DNA of 64,000 nt from Gammaproteobacteria bacterium (GCA_965215365.1 CBDCDS010000003.1:1856001-1920000); one strand, 5' to 3'. Counted from the stretch's first letter, positions 1 to 13,191 are shown. Notes: generated by a model not told the origin, from the sequence alone. Numbers and translations are program-made.

Positions 1-2748
1 CCGGACGACGTTTCGGAAAACAGCGTTGGTCATATCCTTGGCAGAATCGAAGGTATTCTTTTTCAGCAGGTCCTCCAGCCGTTCGTCATCATAGAATTCA
101 TCCCGTATATTCTGCGCCTCGGTGACGCCGTCGGTGTAGAGCAGTATCATGTCGCCGGCCTCCATGCTAATGGATTGCTGCTGGTATTCCACACCGTCAA
201 AAGTGCCCACCAACGGCCCCTGAACTTCTTCTAGGCAGATTAACTCGCCGGTATGTTTTTTGATGTACGGCAGGTTATGTCCTCCATTGGTAAGCAGCAA
301 CTGGCCGCTGCGCAAGTCCATAATGCCAACGATCAGCGTGACGAACATATTGCTCTCATTGTTCAGCGACAACTCATTGTTGACTCGGGTAACGATATCC
401 CGGGCCTGATCGGTCTGGTCCAGCACCTTGTTCAGCAGCGCCTTACTCATTGACATGAACAGCGAGGCCGGTATGCCTTTACCCGACACGTCTCCCACGC
501 AGAAATAGACCTTGTCATCCGGCAGCAGTGAAAAGTCGTAAAAGTCGCCCGACACGCTCTGTGCCGGTTTCAGGAATGCCTCCAGGCGAAACCCTTCTCC
601 CTCAATGGGTTCCGGCAACATATCCATCTGCACCTTCTGACCGATCTTGAGGTCTTGCGCCAGCTTGTCATTATGGGATTTAATGGTCTTGAAGGCGATC
701 CTGAGCTTCTCACTGGCCTTGGTGACGCTGGTGCGGCTCCAGATTGATATCAGGGTAAGCACCAGCACCATGACTGCGGTTAACGCGTTACCGGCTATGG
801 TTTGTTGGGTAAAAGCTCTGGATATGGCAAATGCGTCTCCACTTTTGAGCTCATTGATAATGCCGAAACCGTAGGTATTGTTCCAGCTCCAGTAGCCGAT
901 AACTTCCTCGCCCAGATAGTTTTTATACTCCTGCAACTCGCCGCCACTGTCTCCGGTAATTACGCGCCTGACGGACCGCGGCAGTCTGGCGTTGGCGCCG
1001 GATTTGCCGAGCGGCGCCGCGTACATACCCACAACGGATTCCGTTGCTGACGTGATCCAGCCCTGCTCAAGGAGCTGTTCTTTCCAGCGTGGTTCGCTGA
1101 TAAAACGGCCTTGGCGGTCAACCAGGTAAACCTCGCCATAATTACCGACGTAGCCGCGCCGCAGGATCTTGCTCAACTTGCGCGTTGGCGACGCCGTGAC
1201 GAACACTGCGCCCTGATTCTCGCCAATTAACGAACCGAAAACGATATGGTCTGATAATAGCTCATCAGCAGCTTCCCGATTCGGAAAATTGACAATCGTC
1301 TGCTCGCTCTGCAAGCGTTCCATAACGCCTTCAGGCAAGACAAAATATTTTCCTGTCAGGTCGGCCCGATTGCTGGCCAGCACAATGCCGTCCGCATCTA
1401 CGATCAGGTAGTTATCGAATATCTCAGGCCGGGCAATATGCGCCTGCTCAGCCAGCGTTTGCAGGGCCGGATCAATCAGGCCGGCCTCGCCTTGCTCTGC
1501 TCCGGCAGGCATACCAGCCAATACCTGAAGTTTGTCGACATCCGCTTCACTGATCCAGCGGGAAGTTTGCTGTAGCGCCTCCTGACTGAGCGCATCAGCA
1601 AACGTGGTGGCTTCCTGAGCGGTCTCATGCAGCCACTCCAGTACTGCGTCCCGGCGGGAATCCAGGGTAAATTTCAACTCGTCGCGCACCTGATTGGTGG
1701 CTTGAATCCGGTTTTCGCTCAGGAACCATCCGGACAGGCCCAGAACCAGGAAGGTAATAATAGTGGCGGCAACGACCAGTGGCCAGTTCTGCCAGAAGGT
1801 ACCCAGAAAAATCTGCAGGGAGGTGGACTCTGTTATGCTTTCCCCATCGGTTGGTTTCGGCGCGTCGTCCTTGCTGGTCATTTTTCGCACCATTGCATCG
1901 CGCGCCGAGCCCTTACCCTCGGCCTCGGCGGAGGTATAACCGCTGGCGGCCAGCCGTTGCGCCAGACGCGACTTCCCGCTCTGTGCGGTTTTCCGTTGCC
2001 AGGTCCACCAGCCGCCCAGGGCCAGAGATACCAGCGCCAGTACAGTCGCTAAGCTTAAGGTCATCATCAACACCAGGTTAGTGCGCTTTTGTGCATCGGT
2101 GTAGTGCGCCAGCTCCCCCGAAGTCCTGTGATCGATGAGGTCAAAAAAATCTTCCAGCGGCATCATGATTTTTTCCTTGGCGCGGTGATAGGCATCGCTA
2201 TGCAGCAGTTCGCTGGCCAGTTGCCGGTCCGGTTGCCCCTTGTGGTAACGCCCGGTAGCGTCTTCAAAAATCCCCTCCATGGCGTTCATTGCCTGGTTCT
2301 CCAGGCCGACCAGTTGGTTGGATTCGTTTTTTGTTTCCTGTAGCAACGCGAATTCTGATTCGGTGAATTCTGCTTCTTTCATCAACTGCCGCAATGATTC
2401 AGGCGGCATATCCACGCGTGGGGGCATACCTGTGGATACTACAAAATCCCAGTAGATTTTATGATAGTCCACGGGACGCGGCGCTTCGCCATTCCTGATA
2501 GCTAGGATTTTGTCAAAATACTCCTTGAACCGAGGGTCGCCGGTCACCGCGTAGGTTCTGGCCATACGGGTCAGGTCATCGGAACTTTGCCGCAACTCGT
2601 CAGCCAACAGGTAGGACTGGTACCTGCGCGCGGAGGCCTCTACAATCTTGTCGTCATACCTGCTGGTTTCCAAGTACATGAACAGGCCCAGCAGCAGCAA
2701 CACCAGCAGGGATGCAAAAATAATCAGGAAGTGTTTTTGTAGATCCAT
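1..2748 (-). CDS. Membrane sensor PP2C/SpoIIE (RsbU-like) Ser/Thr phosphatase, 3' end outside window
   Basis: Not in the ORF track because it runs off the edge. Manual translation from ATG 2748 gives MDLQKHFLIIF..RYQSYLLADELRQSSDDLTRMARTY. C-terminal PP2C motifs are VSGDFYDF, CVGDVSGKG and LYTDGVTEA. Frame was spot-checked at 2100 and at 1-150. Confidence 0.85.
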   Translation of the reverse strand, partial: MDLQKHFLIIFASLLVLLLLGLFMYLETSRYDDKIVEASARRYQSYLLADELRQSSDDLTRMARTYAVTGDPRFKEYFDKILAIRNGEAPRPVDYHKIYWDFVVSTGMPPRVDMPPESLRQLMKEAEFTESEFALLQETKNESNQLVGLENQAMNAMEGIFEDATGRYHKGQPDRQLASELLHSDAYHRAKEKIMMPLEDFFDLIDHRTSGELAHYTDAQKRTNLVLMMTLSLATVLALVSLALGGWWTWQRKTAQSGKSRLAQRLAASGYTSAEAEGKGSARDAMVRKMTSKDDAPKPTDGESITESTSLQIFLGTFWQNWPLVVAATIITFLVLGLSGWFLSENRIQATNQVRDELKFTLDSRRDAVLEWLHETAQEATTFADALSQEALQQTSRWISEADVDKLQVLAGMPAGAEQGEAGLIDPALQTLAEQAHIARPEIFDNYLIVDADGIVLASNRADLTGKYFVLPEGVMERLQSEQTIVNFPNREAADELLSDHIVFGSLIGENQGAVFVTASPTRKLSKILRRGYVGNYGEVYLVDRQGRFISEPRWKEQLLEQGWITSATESVVGMYAAPLGKSGANARLPRSVRRVITGDSGGELQEYKNYLGEEVIGYWSWNNTYGFGIINELKSGDAFAISRAFTQQTIAGNALTAVMVLVLTLISIWSRTSVTKASEKLRIAFKTIKSHNDKLAQDLKIGQKVQMDMLPEPIEGEGFRLEAFLKPAQSVSGDFYDFSLLPDDKVYFCVGDVSGKGIPASLFMSMSKALLNKVLDQTDQARDIVTRVNNELSLNNESNMFVTLIVGIMDLRSGQLLLTNGGHNLPYIKKHTGELICLEEVQGPLVGTFDGVEYQQQSISMEAGDMILLYTDGVTEAQNIRDEFYDDERLEDLLKKNTFDSAKDMTNAVFRNVVR

Positions 2749-2835
2749 CGCTAATCAGAAAAAAAGAAAGTGTTGTTACATTATAACCACAAACGGGCCT
2801 CACGGGCACCTCTAAAACACGAGGCGCCCGTGCCG

Positions 2836-3660
2836 CCTCAACCATAGCTACCGCTATGCTTATCGTCGCAGGCACCCGCAGGCAGCACCAATCCGGCGCG
2901 ATCTTCGCATCACTTGGTGAGATCTGCGGGCCAGCCCGCAGATCTCACCCAGTCGCTTATTGCCTTGTGAAACATGATTGCTCTCAATAAGTTATGATCA
3001 TACTGCTACTCTTTCCGCATAACCCACTGCGCTTGATGCGCCCTCGCTGGTCTTGGTGCTGCCTGCGGGCACGTGCTTCCTCAACCATAGCTACCGCTAT
3101 GCTTATCGTCGCAGGCACCCGCAGGCAGCACCAATCCGGCGCGATCTTCGCATCACTTGGTGAGATATGCGGGCCAGCCCGCAGATCTCACCCAGTCGCT
3201 TATTGCCTTGTGAAACATGATTGCTCTCAATAAGTTATGATCATGCTGCTACTCTTTCCGCATAACCCACTGCGCTTGATGCGCCCTCGCTGGTCTTGGT
3301 TCTGCCTGCGGGCACGTGCTTCCTCAACCATAGCTACCGCTATGCTTATCGTCGCAGGCACCCGCAGGCAGCACCAATCCGGCGCGATCTTCGCATCACT
3401 TGGTGAGATATGCGGGCCAGCCCGCAGATCTCACCCAGTCGCTTATTGCCTTGTGAAACATGATTGCTCTCAATAAGTTATGATCATGCTGCTACTCTTT
3501 CCGCATAACCCACTGCGCTTGATGCGCCCTCGCTGGTCTTGGTTCTGCCTGCGGGCACGTGCTTCCTCAACCATAGCTACCGCTATGCTTATCGTCGCAG
3601 GCACCCGCAGGCAGAACCAATCCGGCGCGATCTTCGCATCACTTGGTGAGATATGCGGGC
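2836..3660. repeat. Tandem array of ~3.4 near-identical 243-bp MITE-like units
   Basis: Units at 2934-3174, 3177-3417 and 3420-3660, plus a partial unit at 2836-2931. Each is bounded by inverted ends GCCCGCAGATCTCACC / GGTGAGATATGCGGGC and has internal palindromes (CTGCCTGCGGG..CCCGCAGGCAG; CATAGC-TACC-GCTATG). Confidence 0.9.
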
Positions 3661-3675
3661 TAAGCAGAGGTTACC

Positions 3676-4149
3676 CTAAAACGGGATATCGTCATCAACG
3701 AATTCCCGGTCATTACCGGGCGGGTTGTCACCCGTCGCCGGCGCCGCGGCAGTGGCTGGCGCTGACGCCTGTGCCGGCGGCGCCGCTCGGGCAAAGTCCT
3801 CGCCGCCGCCTTTACTGTCGAGCATCTGCATTTCGCGGCCCACAATCTCGGTGGTATAGCGGTCGTTACCGTCCCGGTCCTGCCATTTACGCGTCTGCAA
3901 GCGGCCTTCAACATAGACCTTCGAGCCTTTGCGTAAATATTCTGAGACTATCTCCGCCAGCCGGTCGAAAAAGACCACGCGATGCCATTCGGTGCGTTCC
4001 TGCTGGTCGCCCGTTTCCTTGTCCCGCCATGTATCCGAAGTCGCCAGACTGACATTGGCGATCGGCGAGCCACCGGCCGTGTATCTTACATCGGGGTCGT
4101 TCCCCAAGTTTCCGATAAGAATGACTTTATTGATTCCTCTGGCCATCAT
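3676..4149 (-). CDS. ssb: Single-stranded DNA-binding protein
   Basis: [14 protein letters not shown]-terminus, DDDIPF C-terminus, divergent from uvrA. Confidence 0.98.
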   Translation of the reverse strand: MMARGINKVILIGNLGNDPDVRYTAGGSPIANVSLATSDTWRDKETGDQQERTEWHRVVFFDRLAEIVSEYLRKGSKVYVEGRLQTRKWQDRDGNDRYTTEIVGREMQMLDSKGGGEDFARAAPPAQASAPATAAAPATGDNPPGNDREFVDDDIPF

Positions 4150-4280
4150 TACACTCCTTTCATACGATTGATTTAGTTAACATTTATGTGCCTAGCCGTC
4201 ACTCCGATGATACATTCGGGTTGGACTTGCGCCAAGCATGGCTTATATTAGCAGGTTAATTCATTTTCGGGCAAGTCAAT

Positions 4281-7166
<2,886 letters not shown>

Positions 7167-7188
7167 GCGCCTCTAAAGTCAGAGGTTT

Positions 7189-7482
7189 CTATAAACCTTG
7201 TTCTTTGCGTATGATGGAAGGTTGTTTTTCAATTAACGCCAAGAGAATGCGCGCCGGCCCTTCCGGATGCTGACGTCCCATCTCCCAGTTTTTCAGCGTA
7301 TTCAGTGATACGTCAATACATTTGGCAAAAGCAGGCTGAGAGAGGCCAGTCCTGTTTCGAATTGTTACAACATCAGGCCTAGACACTTTAACTTCGTGCA
7401 CGGCGAAGCTGTCACGTTTACCATCCAAGTAATCACCGGCATCCCTGACGCCGTTCATGATTTTATCGAATGCTGTACTCAT
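7189..7482 (-). CDS. XRE-family HTH antitoxin (HigA-like)
   Basis: GLSQPAFA..TLKNWEMGRQHPEGPA HTH; 4-nt overlap with the upstream toxin. Confidence 0.88.
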   Translation of the reverse strand: MSTAFDKIMNGVRDAGDYLDGKRDSFAVHEVKVSRPDVVTIRNRTGLSQPAFAKCIDVSLNTLKNWEMGRQHPEGPARILLALIEKQPSIIRKEQGL

Positions 7483-7823
7483 TTGTGACTCTTGTAACTT
7501 GCGATTATCTTTTTTGCACTGATGATCAGGGCGGCTCGTTCGCCAACGGTGAGATTCGTTTTCTCATTCTTGGCAAAAACTGTAAGCAAAAACACAGGTG
7601 TATCCTCAGCAGCAAAAATAAACACTACACGCGCTCCGCCGCTCTTGCCACGGCCTGAACGGGCAAGCCGCATTTTACGGATACCTCCTCCAATCGACAC
7701 GCCTGCTAACGGATTTTTTGCTATAATGCTGACAACTTCGGTACGTTCAATATCAGATAAAATACCTTTGGCCGCCGAGAGATATGCAGGTGTCTCCACC
7801 ACTGTCTGCAAACAAACTCTCAT
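7479..7823 (-). CDS. RelE/HigB-family toxin
   Basis: VVETPAY..GGIRKMR..GRGKSGGARVVF..LLTVFAKNEK; start moved to ATG 7823, just downstream of a predicted promoter. Confidence 0.88.
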   Translation of the reverse strand: MRVCLQTVVETPAYLSAAKGILSDIERTEVVSIIAKNPLAGVSIGGGIRKMRLARSGRGKSGGARVVFIFAAEDTPVFLLTVFAKNEKTNLTVGERAALIISAKKIIASYKSHK

Positions 7824-7829
7824 GCAAAG

Positions 7830-7858
7830 ATGATAGGTATTCTGAGCGCGAAAGTCAA
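7830..7858 (-). promoter_or_regulatory. Sigma70-type promoter of the TA operon (probably leaderless mRNA)
   Basis: TTGACT-17nt-TATCAT, 6 nt before ATG 7823, no Shine-Dalgarno. Confidence 0.6.
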
Positions 7859-7994
7859 TAGCCCATAGCTTGACATTCGAGCTGCCGAAAAGGTGTCCGC
7901 TCAATGCTGAAATATAATCCGTCAGAAGAAAAACGACATTTCATCTCACTCATCAAACCATATCTGTGGTGGGGAGAATAATTGGTACACTGTC

Positions 7995-9185
7995 ATGCTG
8001 AGTAATCAGTATCTGATGAACATTATTGAGGGTGGAGAAAGTGATCGGACAGAATTCACGGAAGCCACCAATGACATGGATAAAATACGGCAGGCGATTT
8101 GTGCCTTTGCCAATGATCTGCCTGCTCATGGGGCGCCTGGTTTTATCTTTATCGGGATCAGGGATGATGGGAGTTGTACCGACCTGACAATCACTGATAA
8201 ATTGCTGCAGAAATTGGGTGGCTTGAGGAACGACGGCAAGATTCTCCCTTTTCCTGTCATAGAGGTTAGCAAACAAACGGTCAGTGGTTGCGAAGTGGCG
8301 CTGGTGCAGGTTGAACCTTCTGACAATCCGCCGGTGAAAGTTGATAGCAGATGCTGGATTCGAGTAGGGCCTAGACGGGCGCAAGCCAGCGCCAAAGAAG
8401 AACGTCGTCTCACAGAAAAAAGGCGTTGGGGAAATCTGTCCTACGACTTGCAAGGCGTGAAAGGTGCATCCGTAGCGACCGACCTGAACTTGCAGATATT
8501 TGAAAACGACTACATGCCGCAGGCTGTGTCACCGGAGGCATTGGCAGCGAATGAACGCAGCCGGCCAGAACAGTTACAAGCCTTGCGTCTGTCAACGCAG
8601 GACGGTTTGCCCAGCGTGACGGCCATTCTCACCTTGGGCAAAGATCCGCAATACTGGTTCCCGGGAGCTTATGTTCAATTTGTTCGTTATAACGGTATTG
8701 AAGTGACAGATGCCATTGTCGATCACAGGCAAATAAGTGGTGTCCTGCCTGAGCAACTGCTTGAATTGGACAGGGTTCTGAAAACAAATATTTCCCAGGC
8801 ATTGGACACCAGCGGAGACCTGCACAAAGAAAATCCGGATTATCCCTTTGTCGCGCTGCGGGAACTCGTTCGTAATGCAGTGATTCACAGAAATTATGAA
8901 AACTCCAATACACCGGTCAGGATTCACTGGTTTACCGATAATATCCAGATTGTCAGCCCCGGCTCGGTGTATGGCGCTGTCACTCAAGAGAATTTCGGGC
9001 AGCCGGGCATTACTGATTATCGTAATCCCACTATTGCGGAAGCCATGAAAAACCTGGGTTTTATGCAACGCTTCGGGATCGGCATCGCCACGGCAAACAG
9101 GGCGCTTGCAGAGAACAATAATCCGCCGGTTGAATTTGATGTGCAGGAAAACTTTCTCACAGCAACAGTCAAAAAACAGCGATGA
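7995..9185 (+). CDS. AlbA_2 (Schlafen-like) domain plus HATPase_c_4 ATP-binding protein
   Basis: ESDRTEF..ICAFAN..GFIFIGIRDDG N-domain; ALRELVRNAVIHRNY, SPG, RNPTIA and G.GI in the C-domain. Confidence 0.8.
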   Translation: MLSNQYLMNIIEGGESDRTEFTEATNDMDKIRQAICAFANDLPAHGAPGFIFIGIRDDGSCTDLTITDKLLQKLGGLRNDGKILPFPVIEVSKQTVSGCEVALVQVEPSDNPPVKVDSRCWIRVGPRRAQASAKEERRLTEKRRWGNLSYDLQGVKGASVATDLNLQIFENDYMPQAVSPEALAANERSRPEQLQALRLSTQDGLPSVTAILTLGKDPQYWFPGAYVQFVRYNGIEVTDAIVDHRQISGVLPEQLLELDRVLKTNISQALDTSGDLHKENPDYPFVALRELVRNAVIHRNYENSNTPVRIHWFTDNIQIVSPGSVYGAVTQENFGQPGITDYRNPTIAEAMKNLGFMQRFGIGIATANRALAENNNPPVEFDVQENFLTATVKKQR

Positions 9186-10183
9186 AGACCATAGCCTTTT
9201 TCAATAATAAGGGCGGCGTGGGGAAAACCTCTCTGGTTTATCATTTGGCTTGGATGTTCAGGGAAACCGACAGGCGTGTTATGGCTATCGATTTGGATCC
9301 TCAAGCCAATTTGAGCGGGATGTTCCTTAGTGAAAGACGCTTAGGAGAACTTTGGCAGGGTTTGGAAAAAAAGACGATAGACGGCGATATTGCCCCGTTG
9401 TTTGAGGGAACCGGCGACATTGCCAATGCGCCCCATGTTGAGGAAATCGATGATCGCCTCGGTCTTCTGGTCGGCGATTTGAACCTTGCCCGACGTGAAG
9501 GTGACTTATCAGAACAATGGTCGAAGTGCCTGGATCAGGATAAACGGGCATTTCGCGTGACCACTGCGTTTGCTCGACTGATTGCCGACGCAGGTAAAGC
9601 ATTCCAGGCCGAACTGGCCTTGCTGGATGTCGGTCCCAATCTCGGCGCCATTAACAGAGCCGCGCTGGTGGCCAGCGACTATGTAGTCATCCCCCTCGCC
9701 CCTGATTTGTTCTCATTACAAGGGTTGGGAAATACCGGGCCTACTCTGAGAAGTTGGAAGAGTGGGTGGCGCGACCGAGTTAAACGCAAACCGCCGGAAC
9801 TGACTATCACACTACCCAAAGGCAACATGAAACCATTGGGTTACATTGTCATGCGGCATTCCGCCAGATTGGACCGTCCTGTAAAAGCCTACCTGCGCTG
9901 GATTGAAAAGATACCCGTAGAGTACCGTACCTCAGTTTTGCAGGAAAGCAACCCGGTCGCACCGGCGCTTGATACTGATGAGCATTTGCTGGCCCACCTG
10001 AAGGACTACCGTTCACTCATGCCCATGGCGCAAGAGGCGAATAAACCCATGTTCATGCTTAAACCCGCCGATGGCGTCATCGGTGCACAACAACAAGCTG
10101 CCAGAAGTTGCTATGACGATTTTCGCATACTGTCGGAAAAAATTATCCATAAAATGAACGAAGAGACCAGCTTGGCTTCGTAG
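9182..10183 (+). CDS. Orphan ParA/Soj-family ATPase
   Basis: FNNKGGVGKT, IDLDPQANL, DVGPNLG; 4-nt overlap with the upstream gene. Confidence 0.88.
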   Translation: MKTIAFFNNKGGVGKTSLVYHLAWMFRETDRRVMAIDLDPQANLSGMFLSERRLGELWQGLEKKTIDGDIAPLFEGTGDIANAPHVEEIDDRLGLLVGDLNLARREGDLSEQWSKCLDQDKRAFRVTTAFARLIADAGKAFQAELALLDVGPNLGAINRAALVASDYVVIPLAPDLFSLQGLGNTGPTLRSWKSGWRDRVKRKPPELTITLPKGNMKPLGYIVMRHSARLDRPVKAYLRWIEKIPVEYRTSVLQESNPVAPALDTDEHLLAHLKDYRSLMPMAQEANKPMFMLKPADGVIGAQQQAARSCYDDFRILSEKIIHKMNEETSLAS

Positions 10184-10324
10184 TTTATTATGCAGCCCGC
10201 CCTTGAACCCATCACCCGGACCCTGAACTACGGCGAGCTGCCTGAAACCTGGGGCAAGGACGATTGTGTGGTGGGATGAAGCTATACTTGCCGAGCCAGT
10301 ACCAGTGATTTTCGGACGTAACCC

Positions 10325-11260
10325 ATGACTGCTCTCATCTGCGGCTCATTTGCCTACGACCACCTGATGGCGTATCCGGGGCGGTTTCGGGAGGATATTC
10401 TGCCGGATCAGATTCATATTCTGAACGTGTGCTTTGTGGTGCCGGAGTTGCGGCGCGAGTTTGGGGGGTGCGGCGGCAATATTATCTATAACACCGGGCT
10501 GTTGGGCGCGGATTGCCTGGCTATGGGCACGGTGGGGGTCGATTTTGACGCCTACCGGCGCTGGCTGGAGCAGAACGGGGTGGAGCTGCGCCATCTGCGC
10601 GTCATTGACGGTGTCTATACGGCACAATGTTTCATCACCACGGATAGCGACAACAACCAGATTACCACCTTTCAGGTGGGCGCTATGGCGTATTCCCAGC
10701 AGAATCAGGTGTCGATGGCGCAGAATATCAGCCTCGGCATCGTCGCGCCCGACGGTAAGGAAGGCATGTTACAGCACGCGCAGCAGTTTGCCGAAGCAAA
10801 CATCCCGTTCATCTTCGATCCGGGGCAGAACGTCACCGTGTTGTCCAGGGATGAGCTGCTGGACAGTTTTCAGTATGCAACCTGGTTGGTCTTCAACGAC
10901 TATGAGTGGCAGCTGGTGGAAGGCAAGACCGGGTTGACGCGCGCCAGTGTGCTGGAGCGGGTGGACGGTTTGATTGTCACTCGCGGCGGGTCCGGTTCTG
11001 TCATTTATACCGGTGCCGGACAAATCGATATTCCCCCGGCGCGCAGCGAACATGCAATCGACCCCACCGGCTGTGGCGACGCCTACCGCGCTGGCTTGAT
11101 TTACGGCCTGTTGCAGGGCCTGGATTGGGAAACCACCGGGCGCATCGCCTCATTGATGGGAAAAATCAAGGTCGAGGTACGCGGCACCCAGAACCACCGC
11201 TTTGAACAACAGGAGTTTTTGGATTTATTCAAACAACACTTTGGCTATTCCATGTTGTAA
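10325..11260 (+). CDS. PfkB carbohydrate kinase family (adenosine kinase-like)
   Basis: GSFAYD, FGGCGGN, DPTGCGDAYRAG PfkB signature. Confidence 0.9.
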   Translation: MTALICGSFAYDHLMAYPGRFREDILPDQIHILNVCFVVPELRREFGGCGGNIIYNTGLLGADCLAMGTVGVDFDAYRRWLEQNGVELRHLRVIDGVYTAQCFITTDSDNNQITTFQVGAMAYSQQNQVSMAQNISLGIVAPDGKEGMLQHAQQFAEANIPFIFDPGQNVTVLSRDELLDSFQYATWLVFNDYEWQLVEGKTGLTRASVLERVDGLIVTRGGSGSVIYTGAGQIDIPPARSEHAIDPTGCGDAYRAGLIYGLLQGLDWETTGRIASLMGKIKVEVRGTQNHRFEQQEFLDLFKQHFGYSML

Positions 11261-11401
11261 TGCCCATGGCTATGCAGGATATACAGAACGAAATACCGAA
11301 GTATCCGAGGCGACGATACTAACACCCTGCCTATCCTGTGCATCCGGGTCAAATTGCAGGTTTGCATCTTCGGCGTTGCCGTTTTATACTGTCGCCTCCT
11401 A

Positions 11402-11446
11402 ATCCTTGCCTCACCGCCTTGACGGGAGGCTTTATCCATGAGGATT
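11402..11446 (+). promoter_or_regulatory. Putative rpsF (S6:S18-binding) leader RNA
   Basis: TCCTT-GCCTC..GAGGC..CCA-TGAGGA: hairpin pairing with the SD, with a CCR motif, immediately upstream of rpsF. Confidence 0.55.
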
Positions 11447-11450
11447 TACC

Positions 11451-11939
11451 ATGAGACATTATGAAATCGTGTTTCTGGTCCACCCCGACCAGAGTGAGCA
11501 GGTGCCGGCCATGATCGAGCGCTACCGCGCCATGATCGAAGCCGACCAGGGCAGCGTACATCGTCTGGAAGACTGGGGACGGCGCCAGCTGGCTTATCCG
11601 ATTAACAAAATTCACAAGGCGCACTATGTGTTGATGAACATTGAGTGCGAGCAGCCCACCTTGCAGCAACTCAACAACGCCTTCAGGTTTAATGATGCGG
11701 TGATCCGCGATCTCATCTTCCACCGGGACGCGGCCGTCACCGAACCCTCGCCACTGGCAAAATCCAAGGAAGATGAGGAGCAGGAAGCAGCGGGAAATAC
11801 GGACAATGCCAAACCTGAACAGGCACAGAGCAAGACGGCTGAGGCCGGCGCTGGCACTACTGCCGAAGCAGACGCCACTGCCGGTGCCACGCCTGCGGCT
11901 GTGGATCAGGAACAACCGGAAGCCGTACAGGGCGACTGA
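11451..11939 (+). CDS. rpsF: 30S ribosomal protein S6 with long C-terminal extension
   Basis: [40 protein letters not shown]. Confidence 0.98.
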   Translation: MRHYEIVFLVHPDQSEQVPAMIERYRAMIEADQGSVHRLEDWGRRQLAYPINKIHKAHYVLMNIECEQPTLQQLNNAFRFNDAVIRDLIFHRDAAVTEPSPLAKSKEDEEQEAAGNTDNAKPEQAQSKTAEAGAGTTAEADATAGATPAAVDQEQPEAVQGD

Positions 11940-11963
11940 CGTTTACAACGAATTGGGTGAGAA

Positions 11964-12188
11964 ATGGCAAGATATTTCAGAAGAAAACGCTACTGCAAGT
12001 TCACCGCAGAAGGTGTTGAAGAGATTGATTACAAGGATCTCAATACCTTGAAAGCATACGTTACGGAAACAGGCAAAATTGTGCCGAGCAGGATCTCAGG
12101 CACCAAGGCCAGATACCAGCGGCAGTTGGCGGCGGCAGTCAAGCGCGCCAGATACCTGTCCTTGCTGCCGTACAGCGACGCTCACTGA
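11964..12188 (+). CDS. rpsR: 30S ribosomal protein S18
   Basis: [32 protein letters not shown]. Confidence 0.98.
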   Translation: MARYFRRKRYCKFTAEGVEEIDYKDLNTLKAYVTETGKIVPSRISGTKARYQRQLAAAVKRARYLSLLPYSDAH

Positions 12189-12282
12189 GCACCCCGGCGT
12201 AGCCAGTCGTTCTCACGCCCGTGGCACCGTGCCGTATGGGTTGCGCCAGCAGCGGGCACGCTCGGCCACGCAAGAGCTTGAT

Positions 12283-13191
12283 ATGAAGGCATTTGGTAAT
12301 TTTCTGTTGACAACGCGCACCCGCGCGGCCCTGTCGGTGGCTGTGTTGACGTTGCTGGCAATCGCTTTTCCACCATTTTCCTATATTCTCAGCGGTACGC
12401 CGCTGGCGCTGGTAACGTTGCGTAAAGGCATTGCGTTCGGTGCGCAGGCAGCTCTGCTCAGTCTGGTGCTGACGCTGTTAGCTACGCTGGCATTGAACCT
12501 GCCGCCGGCGCTGCCGCTGGCATTCCTGATTAGTGTGTGGATGCCCGTGCTGTGCTGTGCACAGGTGCTGCGCAAGACTCAATCTCAGGGGATGATGGTG
12601 CTGTGCGCCGGCGCTGCCGGCGCGCTTTTTACCGCCTTCATTTACGCCAGACTGGATGAGTTGCAAAACTGGTGGCAGGAGCTATTCCAACGCTTGCAGG
12701 ACTATGGCCTGTCCCAACTCGACGCTACGCAACTGGAACACGCCAACCAACTGGTTACTTCGCTGCTGTCAGCGCTGTTCGCCTCCGGTTTTGTGCTGGG
12801 GCTGATCAGCACCTTGTTACTGGCGCGCTGGTGGCAGTCGGCGCTGTTCAATCCGGGCGGTTTCAGGGAGGAGTTTCATGCTTTAAGATTGCCGCGGGCG
12901 CTGATCTTCGCGACTATGGTCGGGCTGTCAGGCCTGCTGCTGCTGCCGTCATTTACCTCCGGTGCGATCCGGGACGCGGTGATTTTGATGTTGATCCTGT
13001 ACCTGTTCCAGGGACTGTCGGTCATGCATTATTATTTTTATACAAGAGGTATTCCCAAGCTCGGTTCTATCGGCCTGTACGGGACGTTTTTCGTGCTGCC
13101 TCACTTCATCCTGTTATTTGTGACTTGTGTCGGGCTCGTCAACGCCTGCGTCGGCTGGACTCCAGCCCGGGTCACGGATAAGAAGCCGTGA
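12283..13191 (+). CDS. DUF2232/YybS-like multipass membrane protein
   Basis: Hydrophobic; LLARWWQSALFNPGGFREEFHALRL motif; typical position between rpsR and rplI; start moved to ATG 12283. Confidence 0.8.
   Translation: MKAFGNFLLTTRTRAALSVAVLTLLAIAFPPFSYILSGTPLALVTLRKGIAFGAQAALLSLVLTLLATLALNLPPALPLAFLISVWMPVLCCAQVLRKTQSQGMMVLCAGAAGALFTAFIYARLDELQNWWQELFQRLQDYGLSQLDATQLEHANQLVTSLLSALFASGFVLGLISTLLLARWWQSALFNPGGFREEFHALRLPRALIFATMVGLSGLLLLPSFTSGAIRDAVILMLILYLFQGLSVMHYYFYTRGIPKLGSIGLYGTFFVLPHFILLFVTCVGLVNACVGWTPARVTDKKP

Noticed and set aside
2994-4052. Three repeated 79-aa ORFs; possible CRISPR array
   Set aside because: The ORFs are by-products of the 243-bp DNA repeat. Units have no unique spacers and there are no cas genes.
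4150-4280. LexA/SOS box between ssb and uvrA
   Set aside because: No CTGT-N8-ACAG match is visible.
10190-10279. Short ORF MQPALEPITRTLNYGELPETWGKDDCVVG, possibly a gene relic
   Set aside because: Too short to assign without a search.
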